A model generated the notes under the pieces. It searched no databases. It had not been told where the DNA came from and worked only from the letters and a program-made list of their open reading frames with translations. This document shows, in pieces, positions 1-12,095 of a stretch of DNA of 64,000 bases. Each line of letters starts with the position of its first letter. Position 1 is the stretch's first letter. The stretch lies in assembly GCF_004324835.1 (NCBI RefSeq), contig NW_021163311.1:74208-138207 (forward strand), read 5' to 3'. Source of the stretch: Dendronephthya gigantea (taxonomy: Eukaryota). The position numbers were made by a program, and so were the translations under genes.

Positions 1-43
1 GATCGACGTATATTCGAGAATATACCATAAGCATTTCTTAAAG

Positions 44-370
44 TTGAACGCGCATCAAAACATGGCTGTGTCTAGACGTGAACTTTGCTTGAAATTACTA
101 ATTTTACTATCAATTCTTCAGACAACAATTGTATCAGCAGAAGACTTGCAACTTATCGACGACACTGAGACAGAAAAACATCGCGAAATGGAGGCTTCTT
201 CAACTTGTGATGAATTCCCGATTGACTATGACCCCGTCACAAATACGTTCTCGAAAAATCGAAAGTATACCGGAGGTTGCAAGAATTTCGTAGCGACATA
301 TACTGAAGACTATGAGAAGTCAAGACAGGAGATTCATAAAAAAACAACGACGATTACAATTGGGATCTAA
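44..370 (+). CDS. Small ORF with an N-terminal hydrophobic, signal-peptide-like segment (108 aa); possibly an exon of a secreted protein
   Basis: ORF track only. It has a hydrophobic h-region, LKLLILLSILQTTIVSA, after basic residues. I see no recognisable homology. Confidence 0.2.
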   Translation: MNAHQNMAVSRRELCLKLLILLSILQTTIVSAEDLQLIDDTETEKHREMEASSTCDEFPIDYDPVTNTFSKNRKYTGGCKNFVATYTEDYEKSRQEIHKKTTTITIGI

Positions 371-1817
371 CAATGCATGAAGATACAAAAAAGTCATTGC
401 AAGAACGGAGTTCAAGTCAAATAGAGCATAACGTGTACAAGTTATACAGGACTACAAATGACATCAACTAATTCAGAATGGAGATCTCACGTTGTAAAGA
501 AATGTTTTTTGAAATCATAAGTGACAGTGGGAGGCTATGAACACATTAGCTACATACAAAAATCCTGAACGAAACTATGATATATAAATAGATCAAGATG
601 ACAACAATCATTATGGTAACGCAAGCAAGTTGATTGATAAGTTGTTTGACGTTCGTTAAATTCTCGTGGTTTTTCCACAGACAATAAAATAGTGAAGGTC
701 TCGAATATACCAGACACTTAGTTTTCTTATTTTCGACGACCTGTGCAGAAGTTATGATGAGTATATACCTCATTTAAATATCAAAATATACGCAACGATT
801 TTTTAAAACCGCACAATATATAAGTTATCAGTATATATACTGATAACAGTCCTTATAATCATATCAGAGAAAGTGATTTATAGATCTCTTTATAATAAAC
901 GACTTTCCATTTCTGGTAGTTGTTATTTCAATTGCTCTTCACTGAACAGTGCGTTAGAACAGCAACGCAAGTTTTCTTCCTGAGTCAGTCATTTGGGTTA
1001 TTCTTCGACTGTCTGATTCAAGGACAAAGTGATTCCTGCGTCCCAACAGGTAAAACACGGAGGTTTCCACGGTACGATATATGTACTTCGTCCCATCTTC
1101 GCATTCGTGTCAAATATTGGCCAACGTATCTCAGAAAGAGATGAATTTTCCGTAGATCCTATTTCGCCACTCGAAAAACGGTAAAACCACAAATAATAGC
1201 AGACACCGAAGGTCAAAATGGCAACCTTCATCACCACCGACATCTTGATAACAATTTAAAAAAAATATTTCGAGCAAGGAAGTTATAGAGTCTGAAAATG
1301 CGCAAATGTAGCACATTCCTATAAGTTTTAGCGTATTCTGGTTTTTTCCAGATTATTCGACATGACATTGAGAAGAAAGAAACTGACGTATATTTGAATA
1401 ACTTTCTTGTTTTGAAGACGCGGGAAAATTTCCTGTTTACGTTTTTGCATACAGTGGTAAAAACTCGTTATTTTCTGAAGGAAATATTTTGAATAGCATG
1501 AGATTACAATGACGACTGTCTAACTGAAAGATATGATATATATATATATATATAGATGCTACATTTAATAAACTTTTTTAAGATTTTCAAATAGCCTGCC
1601 ATGAAATATTTCATATTTCATCAACATTTGTGATTATAGTAAATATTTAGTGGTGCCACATTACGTCAAATTCAATGCACAAACGATGTCTCCTGTCTAA
1701 AGATGAAATATTTCTACGTCTATTTATAAATCTTTCAAAATAAGCAGGTGTCGTAATGTGGTGAAATAGAGCACAAATTATTTCATGTAATTGATTTTAT
1801 TTCGTTAAATATATGAA

Positions 1818-2170
1818 GCAAAACACCGCAGAAATTGGTATTTATGAAGTCTAAACTCGGAAATCCAATCGCTGGTTCACAATTGTGCATTTCTGTATCG
1901 CTATCAAAGAGAAAACTATTGAATAATTTTAAAAAGTTGAATTTTTTTCTGAATAAACATTCTGCAATCTTTTGACAGCTCATCATACACATCTGACAGC
2001 TGTGAAATGGCCATTTTGAGGCTTAAAGTATACACAAGGTTATTAATTCAGACGATTCGTTTTTGCCGTGTGCAAGCTTCAAATCTTTTGTGAAAGAAAT
2101 ATTTTGTTGAGTCTTTATAAATCTTTTTTTTCTCATCAAGTTTGAAGTCTAAGTATTAAGAATTGCGGCT
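1818..2170. repeat. Dispersed repeat of about 350 bp, copy 1 (second copy at 50722-51075, about 90% identical)
   Basis: There is direct sequence identity between the two regions (…ctggttcacaattgtgcatttctgtatcgctatcaaagagaaaactattgaataa…). Confidence 0.7.
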
Positions 2171-2565
2171 AATTTCCAGTTTTAGTTTTTGAAACTTCGT
2201 TTCGCTTGAGGACTTGGAAACGTGAAAATTCATTTGTTTGTTTCTATGAATGTTCTCAACCGGTTTTCAAAATACAGCGCGCGGTCCAAAGGCGAGAACA
2301 GTCCACATAATATACTTTATTGCTTTAAGATTGATTCATAAACAAATATCAAAGTTCTCTTCACTGAAGGTGTAAAAAGCTGACATTTGAATTAAGTTAT
2401 ACAAAACTATTCCATTTTAAGTCGATTATAAACATAATATACGTCAGAAGTATTTCAAAAGATTACATAGAAAACTATTCTTGTAAATGTTATCTTTACT
2501 GCTTCTATACGTAAGACTGGCCACTAAACTCACTAAAAGTTTCACTTAAGTAACTCATATTGCCA

Positions 2566-2926
2566 AGGGCGTAGGAAGCATCCAGAGGTTGGGGGGGCAC
2601 CAGCTTCTAGGGGCACTTTTGGTTAATAAAAATGGCGGTTAAAATGGTTAATAAAGATATACAGGGACGGTTTGATTCGTATTTCTTGGGCTTTGTACTG
2701 CTAGGGGGGTCCGGGGGCATGCTCCCCCGAGAAAATTTTGAGATATAGGCCTCTGAAATGGCCACAAACCCCTCTTAATTTAAGGATTTTTGGGATATAG
2801 TAGATACTTTTTAGTTTATTTTCGCTTCTCAAAAAGGCATTTTTTTGAAAAAAGGGCACTTTTGGTCCCTTGAAAAATCTTGGGGGGGCACGTGCCCCCA
2901 GTGCCCCCCCCCCTTCCTACGCCACT
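2566..2926. mobile_element. GC-rich MITE-like element with TIR gggcgtaggaag…cttcctacgcc and internal G/C homopolymers
   Basis: The terminal inverted repeats are at 2567-2578 and 2916-2926. The internal sequence is palindromic (ggggggcaccag / gggggcacgtgccccc). Confidence 0.5.
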
Positions 2927-3081
2927 GCATATTGCATTAAGTCGACTTTTAAAGTCGAAAAGAACACAAAACCTAACTAAATTATACGAACAAACTTATA
3001 CTAAAACTCGCAGGTCACTTTTATCCAGATTTTCGTTTCGTTCTAAACGTCCACAACACGCATTTATTCTTTCCTAAGACC

Positions 3082-3386
3082 TTATACCTTAGTTTCACGT
3101 TCAAATCGGTCAAATGTAGTCAAAAGCCTTGGAATCACCTCTTCCCAATTGTTGCCCAACTGTAGTCGGGTGCACAGGCACGGTACCGAGCGGTCAGCGG
3201 TCTTTAGCCACGTCATCGCCTTGGCAACCTTCGCGTGCAACTCGGTATCAGACCCCACGGGGCACTCCGGCGTTTTGAACGGCGGGATAAGTTGAATTTG
3301 AAAAGCAAAGCATTTCTTTTGACGTAAATATGCCAAAACCAAAAGGGTCGCTACCATTTTGCAAAGGGTTTTGAACGTTCGAACAC
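3082..3386 (-). CDS. PARP4: PARP4-like conserved C-terminal exon (GVRTFKTLCKMVATLLVLAYLRQKK...AKAMTWLKTADRSVPCLCTRLQLGNNWEEVIPRLL...)
   Basis: Acceptor ctgaaaag|GT joins in phase 1 to the exon at 3782, giving …SKSLGVRTFK…. It matches PARP4 QSLGVKGRECLLDLIATMLVLQFIRTR...AIKQASEWVRRTEGQYPSICPRLELGNDWDSATKQLL. The stop is at 3082-3084, although an AAG|gtataa donor just before it could extend the CDS. Confidence 0.65.
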
Positions 3387-3781
3387 CTTTTCAGACAATA
3401 AAATACAAAGCTTTTAATGGATTTTAATGAAAATGGAGCATTTTAATTGGTTCTTTAGCGGTCGGTAACCCCCGATATTGACCGCTAAGTTTTGGCGGGA
3501 AAAAAATGAAATTTAGAGTTTTGAGTGATTTTCTTCAAAAACTCTGTTTGGGAGAATGGTTTAGAAAGTTTAAAATGTCTTAAAGGGAAGAGGAATTAAT
3601 TGGTTTTTATTATCCAGAAAAAGATGATGTTTTGGGCATCGTAAACATTTGAATAGCTAAAAAAATTCACGAGATTGGGCTGGTTCTCGGCTTTTAGCTA
3701 GCGATCCAGAACTTGCAAACAGAAGGATTATTTGGGTTGGATCAAGGCGAAGATATGCACTTTACTTATTAGCAAACTTAC

Positions 3782-3884
3782 CAAGCGATTTCGAACCACA
3801 ATCAACCAACATTTTCTCAATTTCCGAAGCATTTACCGGAAGGTAATTATCTAGACGAGAATCTGTTAAATTCCAAGAACCATT
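3782..3884 (-). CDS. PARP4: PARP4-like exon from the C-terminal MVP-interaction region (NGSWNLTDSRLDNYLPVNASEIEKMLVDCGSKSL-)
   Basis: Acceptor cttctcctag and donor CTTG|gtaagttt (phase 1). It matches PARP4 EDGFWKLTPELGLILNL...LKQKGIQSLG. Confidence 0.6.
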
Positions 3885-5267
3885 CTAGGAGAAGTTCCGG
3901 AAAGATGTAAGTATACATCCAGTATGTATATATATCAGTCTAGAGTTAGTTTAGTTTAGGTTTCCTCCTGTAGTAACACTGGATCAATAAGAGATGATCC
4001 TTACTGGACCTCTAGGAAGAACAGTTTAGTCATATATTACCTCATCTTGTAGCAGAAATACTAGGACTGGTGGTTTCATATTTTTTCGTGCCGACAGCAT
4101 TTCTGGAATGTTGATCGAATGTGTGATCCTCCCTGCTCTTTTGCGTAATCTCTCCTTCTCTATTTGCAAAAGTAATAATCATTTCAACTTATATTTTGCT
4201 AAACAAGAACAGAAGTTAAACGCTAGCCTTCTAAATAGTTTACTTTTGGGCAATTTTTACATCAGGGGCAGTTGTTCAAAGCTAGGTGGGCGCTAACCAT
4301 GGGTTAAAATGTTAATCCAGTGTTTTATAATCCAGTGTTGATGTGCTTCTGAGCCGCTGTTCGCTTCAAAACCTTTACAAAATATGACTTCTATCGGTCA
4401 AAAAAATATTTTTAAAAAAAAGATATTCAACTTTGTAAACGACCAATAAAAATTTAATGTAAAGATTTGCTTTAACCCAGGGTCAGAGCAGTTTCGAATA
4501 ATTTCGGGGTTTCGCAGAATTGTAAAAACAGGTTGGGAAACGAACTTTTAATCGGCTCAACGTTGTAGCAATTTGATAAAATGGCATTACAATGTTGACA
4601 GATTTAATAAAGAGGATATTTTCTATGCCACGTATAATATTTGTTTAATTTCTTTTAAAATTGAGAACGTTTTGCAAACCTCAAAAACATCTAAAAAGAA
4701 TGTTTACTATTTCATCTAAAAACAACATTAAAATGAAAAGATTTCTCGGGATACGCCGAGAAGAAAATGACACTTGAATCGAAGCTACTTTTGTATTCAT
4801 CTCAGTTATAATGGTGTTGACACTTATAACATTGTTGATAGCCGCATTATATTTTGAAATAACTCTTGTCGTTTTGTGTTTTGCAATCACCAAATACGAG
4901 CGATATAGAAAGGTTTGACCAAGGTTAACCGCAGTTTTTGTAAGATTATTTCATTTATTTCTGGACAGTACTGTAATTATAGCAACTTGAGAATACTGAT
5001 GGGTGACTGTTACATGAAGTCTACATGAGTGACTGGCGCTAAATAACGCAGGCATAGGTTAGCGGGCACGACAGAGAACAGAGAAACTCGAGCAAGATAA
5101 CTTTCGATCAGTTGACATTATTTTTTCTGTTCATATTTTTGTACAAAAGTTTTTCTGTATAAATAAAAATTGTTCATCGAACACACCAATGAGAACATTC
5201 ATTGTGACGATTAGTAGATGAGTTTCGAATAATATTTTTTTCTAACAAGTGAAGAGGTATATTATAC

Positions 5268-5498
5268 CTTTTGGTTTTGAAGCGCTATAGCATCGCCTAA
5301 AGGAACCCCTTGCCATAGGCGGTGGAGAGGGTTCCCGTGACTCGATGGATCTGGGGAGCAAGGGTGGAGCGGCGGGGGATGGCGTTTCTTGTTCTTCTTG
5401 TGGTTGTTCTTTATCCGTCTGAACTTGCTGACTGCTAAGAGACAACGCTACAACGTTCTCCGAAACCCCATCTTCTTTTTTCCTCCGTTTAGGAGAAT
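5268..5498 (-). CDS. Repeated phase-1/phase-1 exon module, copy 1
   Basis: Acceptor atcagcag and donor AAAAG|gtataata. The Met-start ORFs in the track here are artefacts. Confidence 0.4.
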
Positions 5499-5987
5499 CT
5501 GCTGATTTCAATGATAAAATAGAACTAAAGCGCGCCTCACACGAGAGCTGGTAGCTGAGGTAAAGACCTCGCAAGGCTGGTAATTTGCTCAACAAGTTAG
5601 AGGCTGTTTACATGAGCCCGGTTACCCGAGATTCAAGGCAGCGTGAGAGGACTTTGATATATTGTAACAAGTCTTTATGACACGAAACAAGCACATGCAA
5701 TTGTTGTGGTGATTATACGACTGCCAGGATCATGTTATCTGCTCATTTCAATACCTCAAAATCATCTCATGCTTCGTCGAACTCGGGTAACCGGGCTCAT
5801 GAAAACAGCCCCTTACTCTCGTGTGCGGATAGTTTCCGTGCGGAATTCGCCTCGAGAGGCAAGTTTCAAGAGTTTTTCTCTGGAAATAAAAAGCGTTCTT
5901 CGTATACAGCGAAGAGAACAGTCATTGAGACGATTAGTAGATGAGTTTCGAATAAGAATTTCTTTTAACAAGCGGAGAAGTATATAC

Positions 5988-6197
5988 CTTTTGTTTTAAC
6001 AGCCCCGAGGCTTTGCCTAGGGGAGCTGACGCTAAACGGTGACTTGGAGAGCAAGGGTGGAGCGGCCCCGGCAGGCATTTCTTGTTCTTTTTGTGGTTGC
6101 TGTCTATGCGTCTGAACTTGCTGAATACCAAACGAAAATCCTCCAAAGGTATCCTTCACCGAGACCTCATCTTCTTTTTTCTTCTGTTCAGGAGAGT
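5988..6197 (-). CDS. Repeated phase-1/phase-1 exon module, copy 2 (…TDSPEQKKKEDEVSVKDTFGGFSFGIQQVQTHRQQPQKEQEMPAGAAPPLLSKSPFSVSSPRQSLGAVKTK)
   Basis: Acceptor atcaacag|AC and donor AAAAG|gtatatac. Length is 2+207+1 nt. Confidence 0.4.
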
Positions 6198-7164
6198 CTG
6201 TTGATTTCAATGATAAAATAGAACTAAAGCGCTAAAGAATTCATATTAGGCACGGGAAATTCATCTTAGACAGGAAAGTTGATTGTAAAAACGCGTCTTA
6301 ATATGACTTGGAATGGATATAAGATTTACACGTGTGATGGGTCGGGTAATGCTAAAAAGAGTATCGTGATTATTACGATAATAATTTTGTTTATTTTCTC
6401 AGTTAAGCGCGCCTCACACGAGAGCTGCTAGCTGAGGTAAAGACCTCGCGAGGCTGTTAGCTCAGCAAGTTACTCTCGTGTGCGGATAGTTTTTCGTCAG
6501 GAATTCGTCTACATAGTTCGTCTACATAGTTCGTCGTGTGTTTTTACTCAGACGAAAGATCTGTCAGATGGATCATTTGTCCAGACGGATAATCCGTCTT
6601 TAGTATCATTTGGGCCAACATTTAATCGACTGTTATAGCACTGTCAAGTTGCGGTTCGGTTGCGGTCCACCGATAGGGAAAAAATACGACCGCGGTTGCC
6701 ATTCGCTTCTGAACGGAATGCTATGGACTGCTGAGAACAACAACACAATAACATCAAATCCTAAGAAATGTCTGTCAGACCGAGTTAGGCTGAGGTTTAA
6801 CGTCCGTCTCACCGCGGTTCGACCTCGGTTCAACTGCGATCAGACCGAGGTTTCACCAAGGTTCTGGACAGTACTATAATTATAGCAACTTGAGAATACT
6901 GATGAGTGACTGTTACATGAAGTTTACATAAGTGACTAACAATAACGCAGGCACAGGTCAGCGGGCTCGACGGAGCAGATGGAAACTCGAGCGAGATAAC
7001 TTCGGATCAGTTGTCAAATAATTTTTTGTGTTCATATTTTTGTACAAGAGTTTTTCTCTAGAAATAAAAAGAGTTCTTCGTACACAACAATGAGAATATT
7101 CATTGTGACGATTAGTACATGAGTTTCGAATAATATTTTTTCTAACAAGTGGAGAGGTATATAC

Positions 7165-7395
7165 CTTTTGGTTCTGAAGCGCTATAGCATCGCGTAAAGG
7201 AACTGCTTGCCACAGGCGGTGGAGGGGGATTCCGTGACCTGATGGATCTGCGGAGCAAGGGTGGAGCGGCGGGGGGTGGCGTTTCTTGTTCTTCTTGTGT
7301 TTGTTGTTTATCCGTCTGAACTTGCTGACTACCAAGAGACAACGCTACAACGTTCTCCGAAACCTCATCTTCTCTTTTCCTCCGTTCAGGAAAAT
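7165..7395 (-). CDS. Repeated phase-1/phase-1 exon module, copy 3
   Basis: Acceptor atcaacag and donor AAAAG|gtatatac. Confidence 0.4.
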
Positions 7396-8953
7396 CTGTT
7401 GATTTCAATGATAAAATAGAACTAAAGCGCGCCTCACACGAGAGCTGGTAGCTGAGGTAAAGACCTCGCGAGGCTGTTAGCTCAGCAAGTTACTCTCGTG
7501 TGCGGATAGTTTTTCGTGAGGAATTCGCCTCGAGAGGCAAGTTTCTATCGTGTGCGGATAGTTTTCAGGCCGCTGAGTTAACTGCCTCGCGAGGTCGTTA
7601 GCTCAGCTGATAGCTCTCTTGTGCGGCTTGCTTAAGGCTATGTGGTGCATGCGAGCGTCATTTTCGAGCGTTTTTTTAACAGTATTTACCCAGTGAGCCT
7701 ACATCGCCAAAGCGGTTTTCAGTATTCTTACCAGGTAAGGAAGGCTTGAAGTAGCTAGGTCTTCGTAGATTCTTTGGAACCTCATCTCGTATTAAGTGAG
7801 GTTTTGCTTCTCCATCAAAACCACGCCTGGAATCAGATTCCATTTCTATAAAATATGACAAAACGATGATGTGCATTGAATGCCCTAAATTCATAACTGC
7901 ATATTTCAGATTTCCATGCACGTCTTTCCATGAACATCGACGCTACATTAAGAAGCAGAATAGGCTACTTTGAGAATATCACTCTAACATCAGACCCAAC
8001 AACTTGTATACATTAAATTGATACGATGTATAATATAGGAACAGATTTTTCACCTGAATTCATATTTAGACATTTGGGACAAAAGGCTACCATTGTTAGG
8101 AGCTGTTTATATTGGAGCCAGGCTGGCCCGGCCGTGAAAACTATTCAAGTCTCTTAAAAGTTTAGAAAAACATCGGAAAGGGCGGTCGTGTGTTTCTCGA
8201 AAGATCTGTCATTATCTGCGGTTTCTTGTTGTTGGGGTTGTTTTAGTTTATGTGCTTTTGAACCACTGTTCGTTTCAACACTTTACAAAATAAGACTTCT
8301 TTCGGTCCAGAAAATATTTGTAATAAAGATATTCAACTTTGTAAACAGGCAATAAAAAAATTTAGTGCAAAGATTTGCTTTAACCCCGTTAGGGTTGGCC
8401 AAGCCGGGTTTTGAACGACCTGGCTCAGAGGATCGAACGTTGTAATGAGCAAGAGTTTTTCTCTAGAAATAACAAGTACGATCGTACTATAGTGGACCAG
8501 GAACTGCGTAACCGAGTTTAATTTCTGAACTGCATTGTATTTACAACAATGGAGAGGACAATGTATTTCTAATCGTTTGCGTTTACTTATATATAGGCTG
8601 AATATTAATGATATGTATACATTATTTGCTGCACATATAGGCACGAATTGCTTGTAACTTGCTCCAAAGGTCAAAAGTAAAAATTCGAACTCCGTCAATC
8701 GATGCGGAATATTGCTTATAGAATAATTGTGCCAAGTTTCATTCCGATCAAACAAGTAATGATAGAGCCTTAGGGTTTTTTTAAAGAGCGTAGCCCCCTA
8801 ACAACAACAACAACAACAGAAGATTAGCAGCGGTTAGGGACCACTTCCTGGTCCAAAAAGCGTTCCTCGTATACAGCGAAGAGAACATTCATTGTGACGA
8901 TTAGTAAACGAATTTCGAATAAGAATTTTTTTATCAAGTGGAGAGGTACATAC

Positions 8954-9163
8954 CTTCTGTTTTCAAAATCCCAAAGCTTCGTCTACGGTAGGCGATGCTA
9001 AACGGTGACTTGGAGAACAGGCGTGGAGCGGCGAGGGGTGGTGTTTCTTGTTCTTCTTGTGGCTGTTGTTTATCTGTCTGAACTTGCTGAATACCAAACG
9101 AAAATCCTCCAAAGGTATCGTTCTTGGACACCCCATCTTCTTCTTTCTTCTCTTCAGAAGAAT
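8954..9163 (-). CDS. Repeated phase-1/phase-1 exon module, copy 4
   Basis: Acceptor atcaacag and donor GAAG|gtatgtac. It is a P/Q/E-rich paralogue of the module at 5988-6197. Confidence 0.4.
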
Positions 9164-10379
9164 CTGTTGATTTCAATGATAAAATAAAACTAAAGCGCTA
9201 AAGAATTCATATTAGGCACGGGAAATTCATCTTAGACAGGAAAGTTGATTGTAAAAACCCGTCTTAATATGACTTGGAATGGATATAAAATTTACACGTG
9301 TGATGGGTCGGGTAATGCTAAAAAGGGTATCGTGATTATTACGATAATAATTTTGTTTATTTTCTCAGTTAAGCGCGCCTCACACGAGAGCTGGTAGCTG
9401 AGGTAAAGACCTCGCGAGGCTGTTAGCTCAGCAAGTTACTCTCGTGTGCGGATAGTTTTTCGTCAGGAATTCGTCTACACAGTTCGTCTAGATAGTTTGT
9501 CGTGTGTTTATACTCAGACGAATGAATCATCTGTCAGATGGATCATTTGTCCAGACGGATAATCCGTCTCTAGTATCATTTGGGCCAACATTTAATCGAC
9601 TGTCATAGCACTGTCCAGTTGCGGTTAGGTTGCGGTCGACCGATAAAAACCGCAGACGACCGCAAGGGAAAAAACACGATCGCGGTTGCCGTTCGCTTCC
9701 GAACGGAATGCTATGAACTGCTGAGAACAACAACACAATAAACATCCTAAGAAATGTCTGTCAGACCGAGTTAGGCTGCAGTTTAACGTCCATCTCACCA
9801 CGGTTCGACCTCGGTCTCGGCCTCGGTTCGACCGCGATCAGACCGAGGTGTGACCAAGGTTCTGGACAGTACTATAATTATAGCAACTCGAGAATACTGA
9901 TGAGTGACTGTTACATGAAGTTTACGTCAGTGACTAACAATAACGCAGGCACAGGTCAGCGGGCTCGACGGAGCACATGGAAACTCGAGCAAGATAACTT
10001 CGGATAGGTTGACATTATTTTACGTTTTCATATTTTTGTACAAGAGTTTTTCTCTTTAAATAAAAATCGTTCGTCGTACACAACAATGAGAATATTCTTT
10101 GTGACGATTAGTACATGAGTTTCAATAAAGAATTTTTTTCTAACAAGCGGAGAGGTACATACCTTTTGCTTCTGAAGCGTCATAGCATGGAATAATAGAG
10201 GAACTGGCGCTAAGGGGTGTATATATAGAGGGTGGAGAGGGTGGAGGGGAATGCCGTGACTCAACGCGCAGTGGTGAAGCGGTGGGGGATGCCATCTTGA
10301 CACTTCTCTTCGACTTGAGAGAATGCAACGATTCCAATGCTACAAATGCAAACAAAAGATGCTGTAGAAATTGTTGATG

Positions 10380-10680
10380 CAATTCGCGCTTGTGGACGCC
10401 CCATCCCCCCCTCCTGCACTTCTCGTTTCTACACCCCCTCCCCCCTCCTGCACTTCTCGTTTCTACACCCCCTCCCCCCTCCTGCACTTCTCGTTTCTAC
10501 ACCCCCTCCCCCCTCCTGCACTTCTCGTTTCTACACCCCTCCCCCCCTCCTGCACTTCTCGTTTCTACACCCCCTCCCCCCCTCCTGCACTTCTCGTTTC
10601 TACACCCCCTCCCCCCTCCTGCACTTCTCGTTTCTACACCCCCTCCCCCCCTCCTGCACTTCTCGTTTCTACAAAATTGT
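10380..10680. repeat. Minisatellite, about 9 copies of a 33-34-bp unit (cacccc(c)tcccccctcctgcacttctcgtttcta)
   Basis: Perfect to near-perfect tandem copies, which create the proline-rich artefact ORFs at 10337-10717. Confidence 0.9.
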
Positions 10681-10760
10681 TTCAGTAGATGAGTTTTTTC
10701 AATCGATTTGTAGATGAGTTTCGAATAATATTTTTTTCTAACAAGTGAAGAGGTATATAC

Positions 10761-11000
10761 CTTTTGGTTCTGAAGCGCTATAGCATCGCAGAAAGGAACT
10801 GCTTGGCATAGGCGGTAGAGGGGGATCCCGTGACCTGATGCCGGACTTGGGCGGCAAGGGTGGAGCAGCCGGGGATGGTGTTTCTTGTTCTTCTTGTGGT
10901 TTTTGTTTAGCCGTCTGAGCTTGCTCAATACCAAACGAAAATCCTCCAAAGGTATCGTTCTTGGACACCACGTCTTCTTCTTTCTTCTGTTCAGCAGAAT
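10761..11000 (-). CDS. Repeated phase-1/phase-1 exon module, copy 5 (…TDSAEQKKEEDVVSKNDTFGGFSFGIEQAQTAKQKPQEEQETPSPAAPPLPPKS…SEPK)
   Basis: Acceptor atcaacag and donor AAAAG|gtatatac. The exon and about 1.5 kb of flanking intron are tandemly repeated. I read it as the PARP4 low-complexity region. Confidence 0.4.
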
Positions 11001-11657
11001 CTGTTGATTTCAATGATAAAATAGAACTAAAGCGCTAAGAATTCATATTAGGCACGGGAAATTCATCTTAGACAGGAAAGTTGATTGTAAAAACCCGTCT
11101 TAATATGACTTGGAATGGATATAAAATTTACACGTGTGATGGGTCGGGTAATGCTAAAAAGGGTATCGTGATTATTACGATAATAATTTTGTTTATTTTC
11201 TCAGTTAAGCGCGCCTCACACGAGAGCTGGTAGCTGAGGTAAAGACCTCGCGAGGCTGTTAGCTCAGCAAGTTACTCTCGTGTGCGGATAGTTTTTTCGT
11301 GAGGAATTCGCCTCGAGAGGCAAGTTTCTATCGTGTGCGGATAGTTTTCAGGCTGAGTTAACTGCCTCGCGAGGTCGTTAGCTCAGCTGATAGCTCTCTT
11401 GTGCGGCGGGCTTAAGGCTACATGCGGTGCACGCTAGCTATAGCGTCATTTTCGAGCGATTTCAATATTCTTACCAGGTAAGGAGGACCTGCCGTAGGCA
11501 GAACTTCGCGAACGCGGTATTAGAACCTCATCTCTTATTGAGTGAGATATTTCTCCACCACCAAAAGTCTGTCTCAAATCAGGTACGATTTCTATAAAAT
11601 ACAACAAAACGATGATGTGTATTAATAATGCTCTAAATTAAAAACTGAATATTTCAG

Positions 11658-11896
11658 GGGCCGGTTGTATCAAGCCCGTTTAGCTTAAACGGTGGATAAG
11701 TTTAAAATAGAAAGCAATTCTATCGTTTTATTCAAGAAGCAAACTAAATGTTTTTAACCTTAATACAAAGATACTGTTTACAACTACATATTCAGTGCAT
11801 AATATTCAAGTTGACTCATTCAAGAGAGATGTAAGAGTGTTATTTAATTTTGACTTATCCACCGCTCAAACTCGTTTCGAACATGCACAACCGGAC
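11658..11896. mobile_element. MITE family A (about 235 bp; 42-bp TIR ggccggttgtatcaagcccgtttagcttaaacggtggataag)
   Basis: Long TIRs. Further copies are at 12428-12679, 34262-34500, 37861-38103, 53803-54040 and 54664-54902. Variant copies are at 49303-49548 and 49549-49735. Confidence 0.7.
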
Positions 11897-11982
11897 CTTG
11901 GTATATTTGATGGCCCCTTCACACATATTTTAGGGCTACACCCTCCCCCCCCGGTTTAAGTCAAACTTTTCAAGCTTCTTAC

Positions 11983-12095
11983 CAAATGTCGGAGCGATCC
12001 TAGAGCTCGGAACAGGGGGTGGGAGCGATGCTACACCTTCTTCTTTCGCACCACGAGATGGAACACCTCGTCTCAAAGATTTTTTGGACTTTATC
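11983..12095 (-). CDS. Putative phase-1 exon (…RRGVPSRGAKEEGVASLPPPVPSSRIAPTFG)
   Basis: Donor TTTG|gtaagaagcttg. The acceptor is not fixed. This is the second copy of an approximately 1-kb duplicated segment (11930-12360 and 12990-13430). Confidence 0.3.

Noticed and set aside
10337-10717. Three overlapping plus-strand proline-rich ORFs (100-126 aa)
   Set aside because: All three are translations of the 34-bp minisatellite, which is open in every frame. They have no start context, no splice context and no conservation.
5242-11013. Series of Met-initiated ORFs (MKSTDSPEQKK…) that look like repeated first exons or small genes
   Set aside because: Each is preceded by a good acceptor (atcaacag) just upstream of the ATG and ends in a GT donor in phase 1. 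They are internal repeated exons, and the ATG is incidental.
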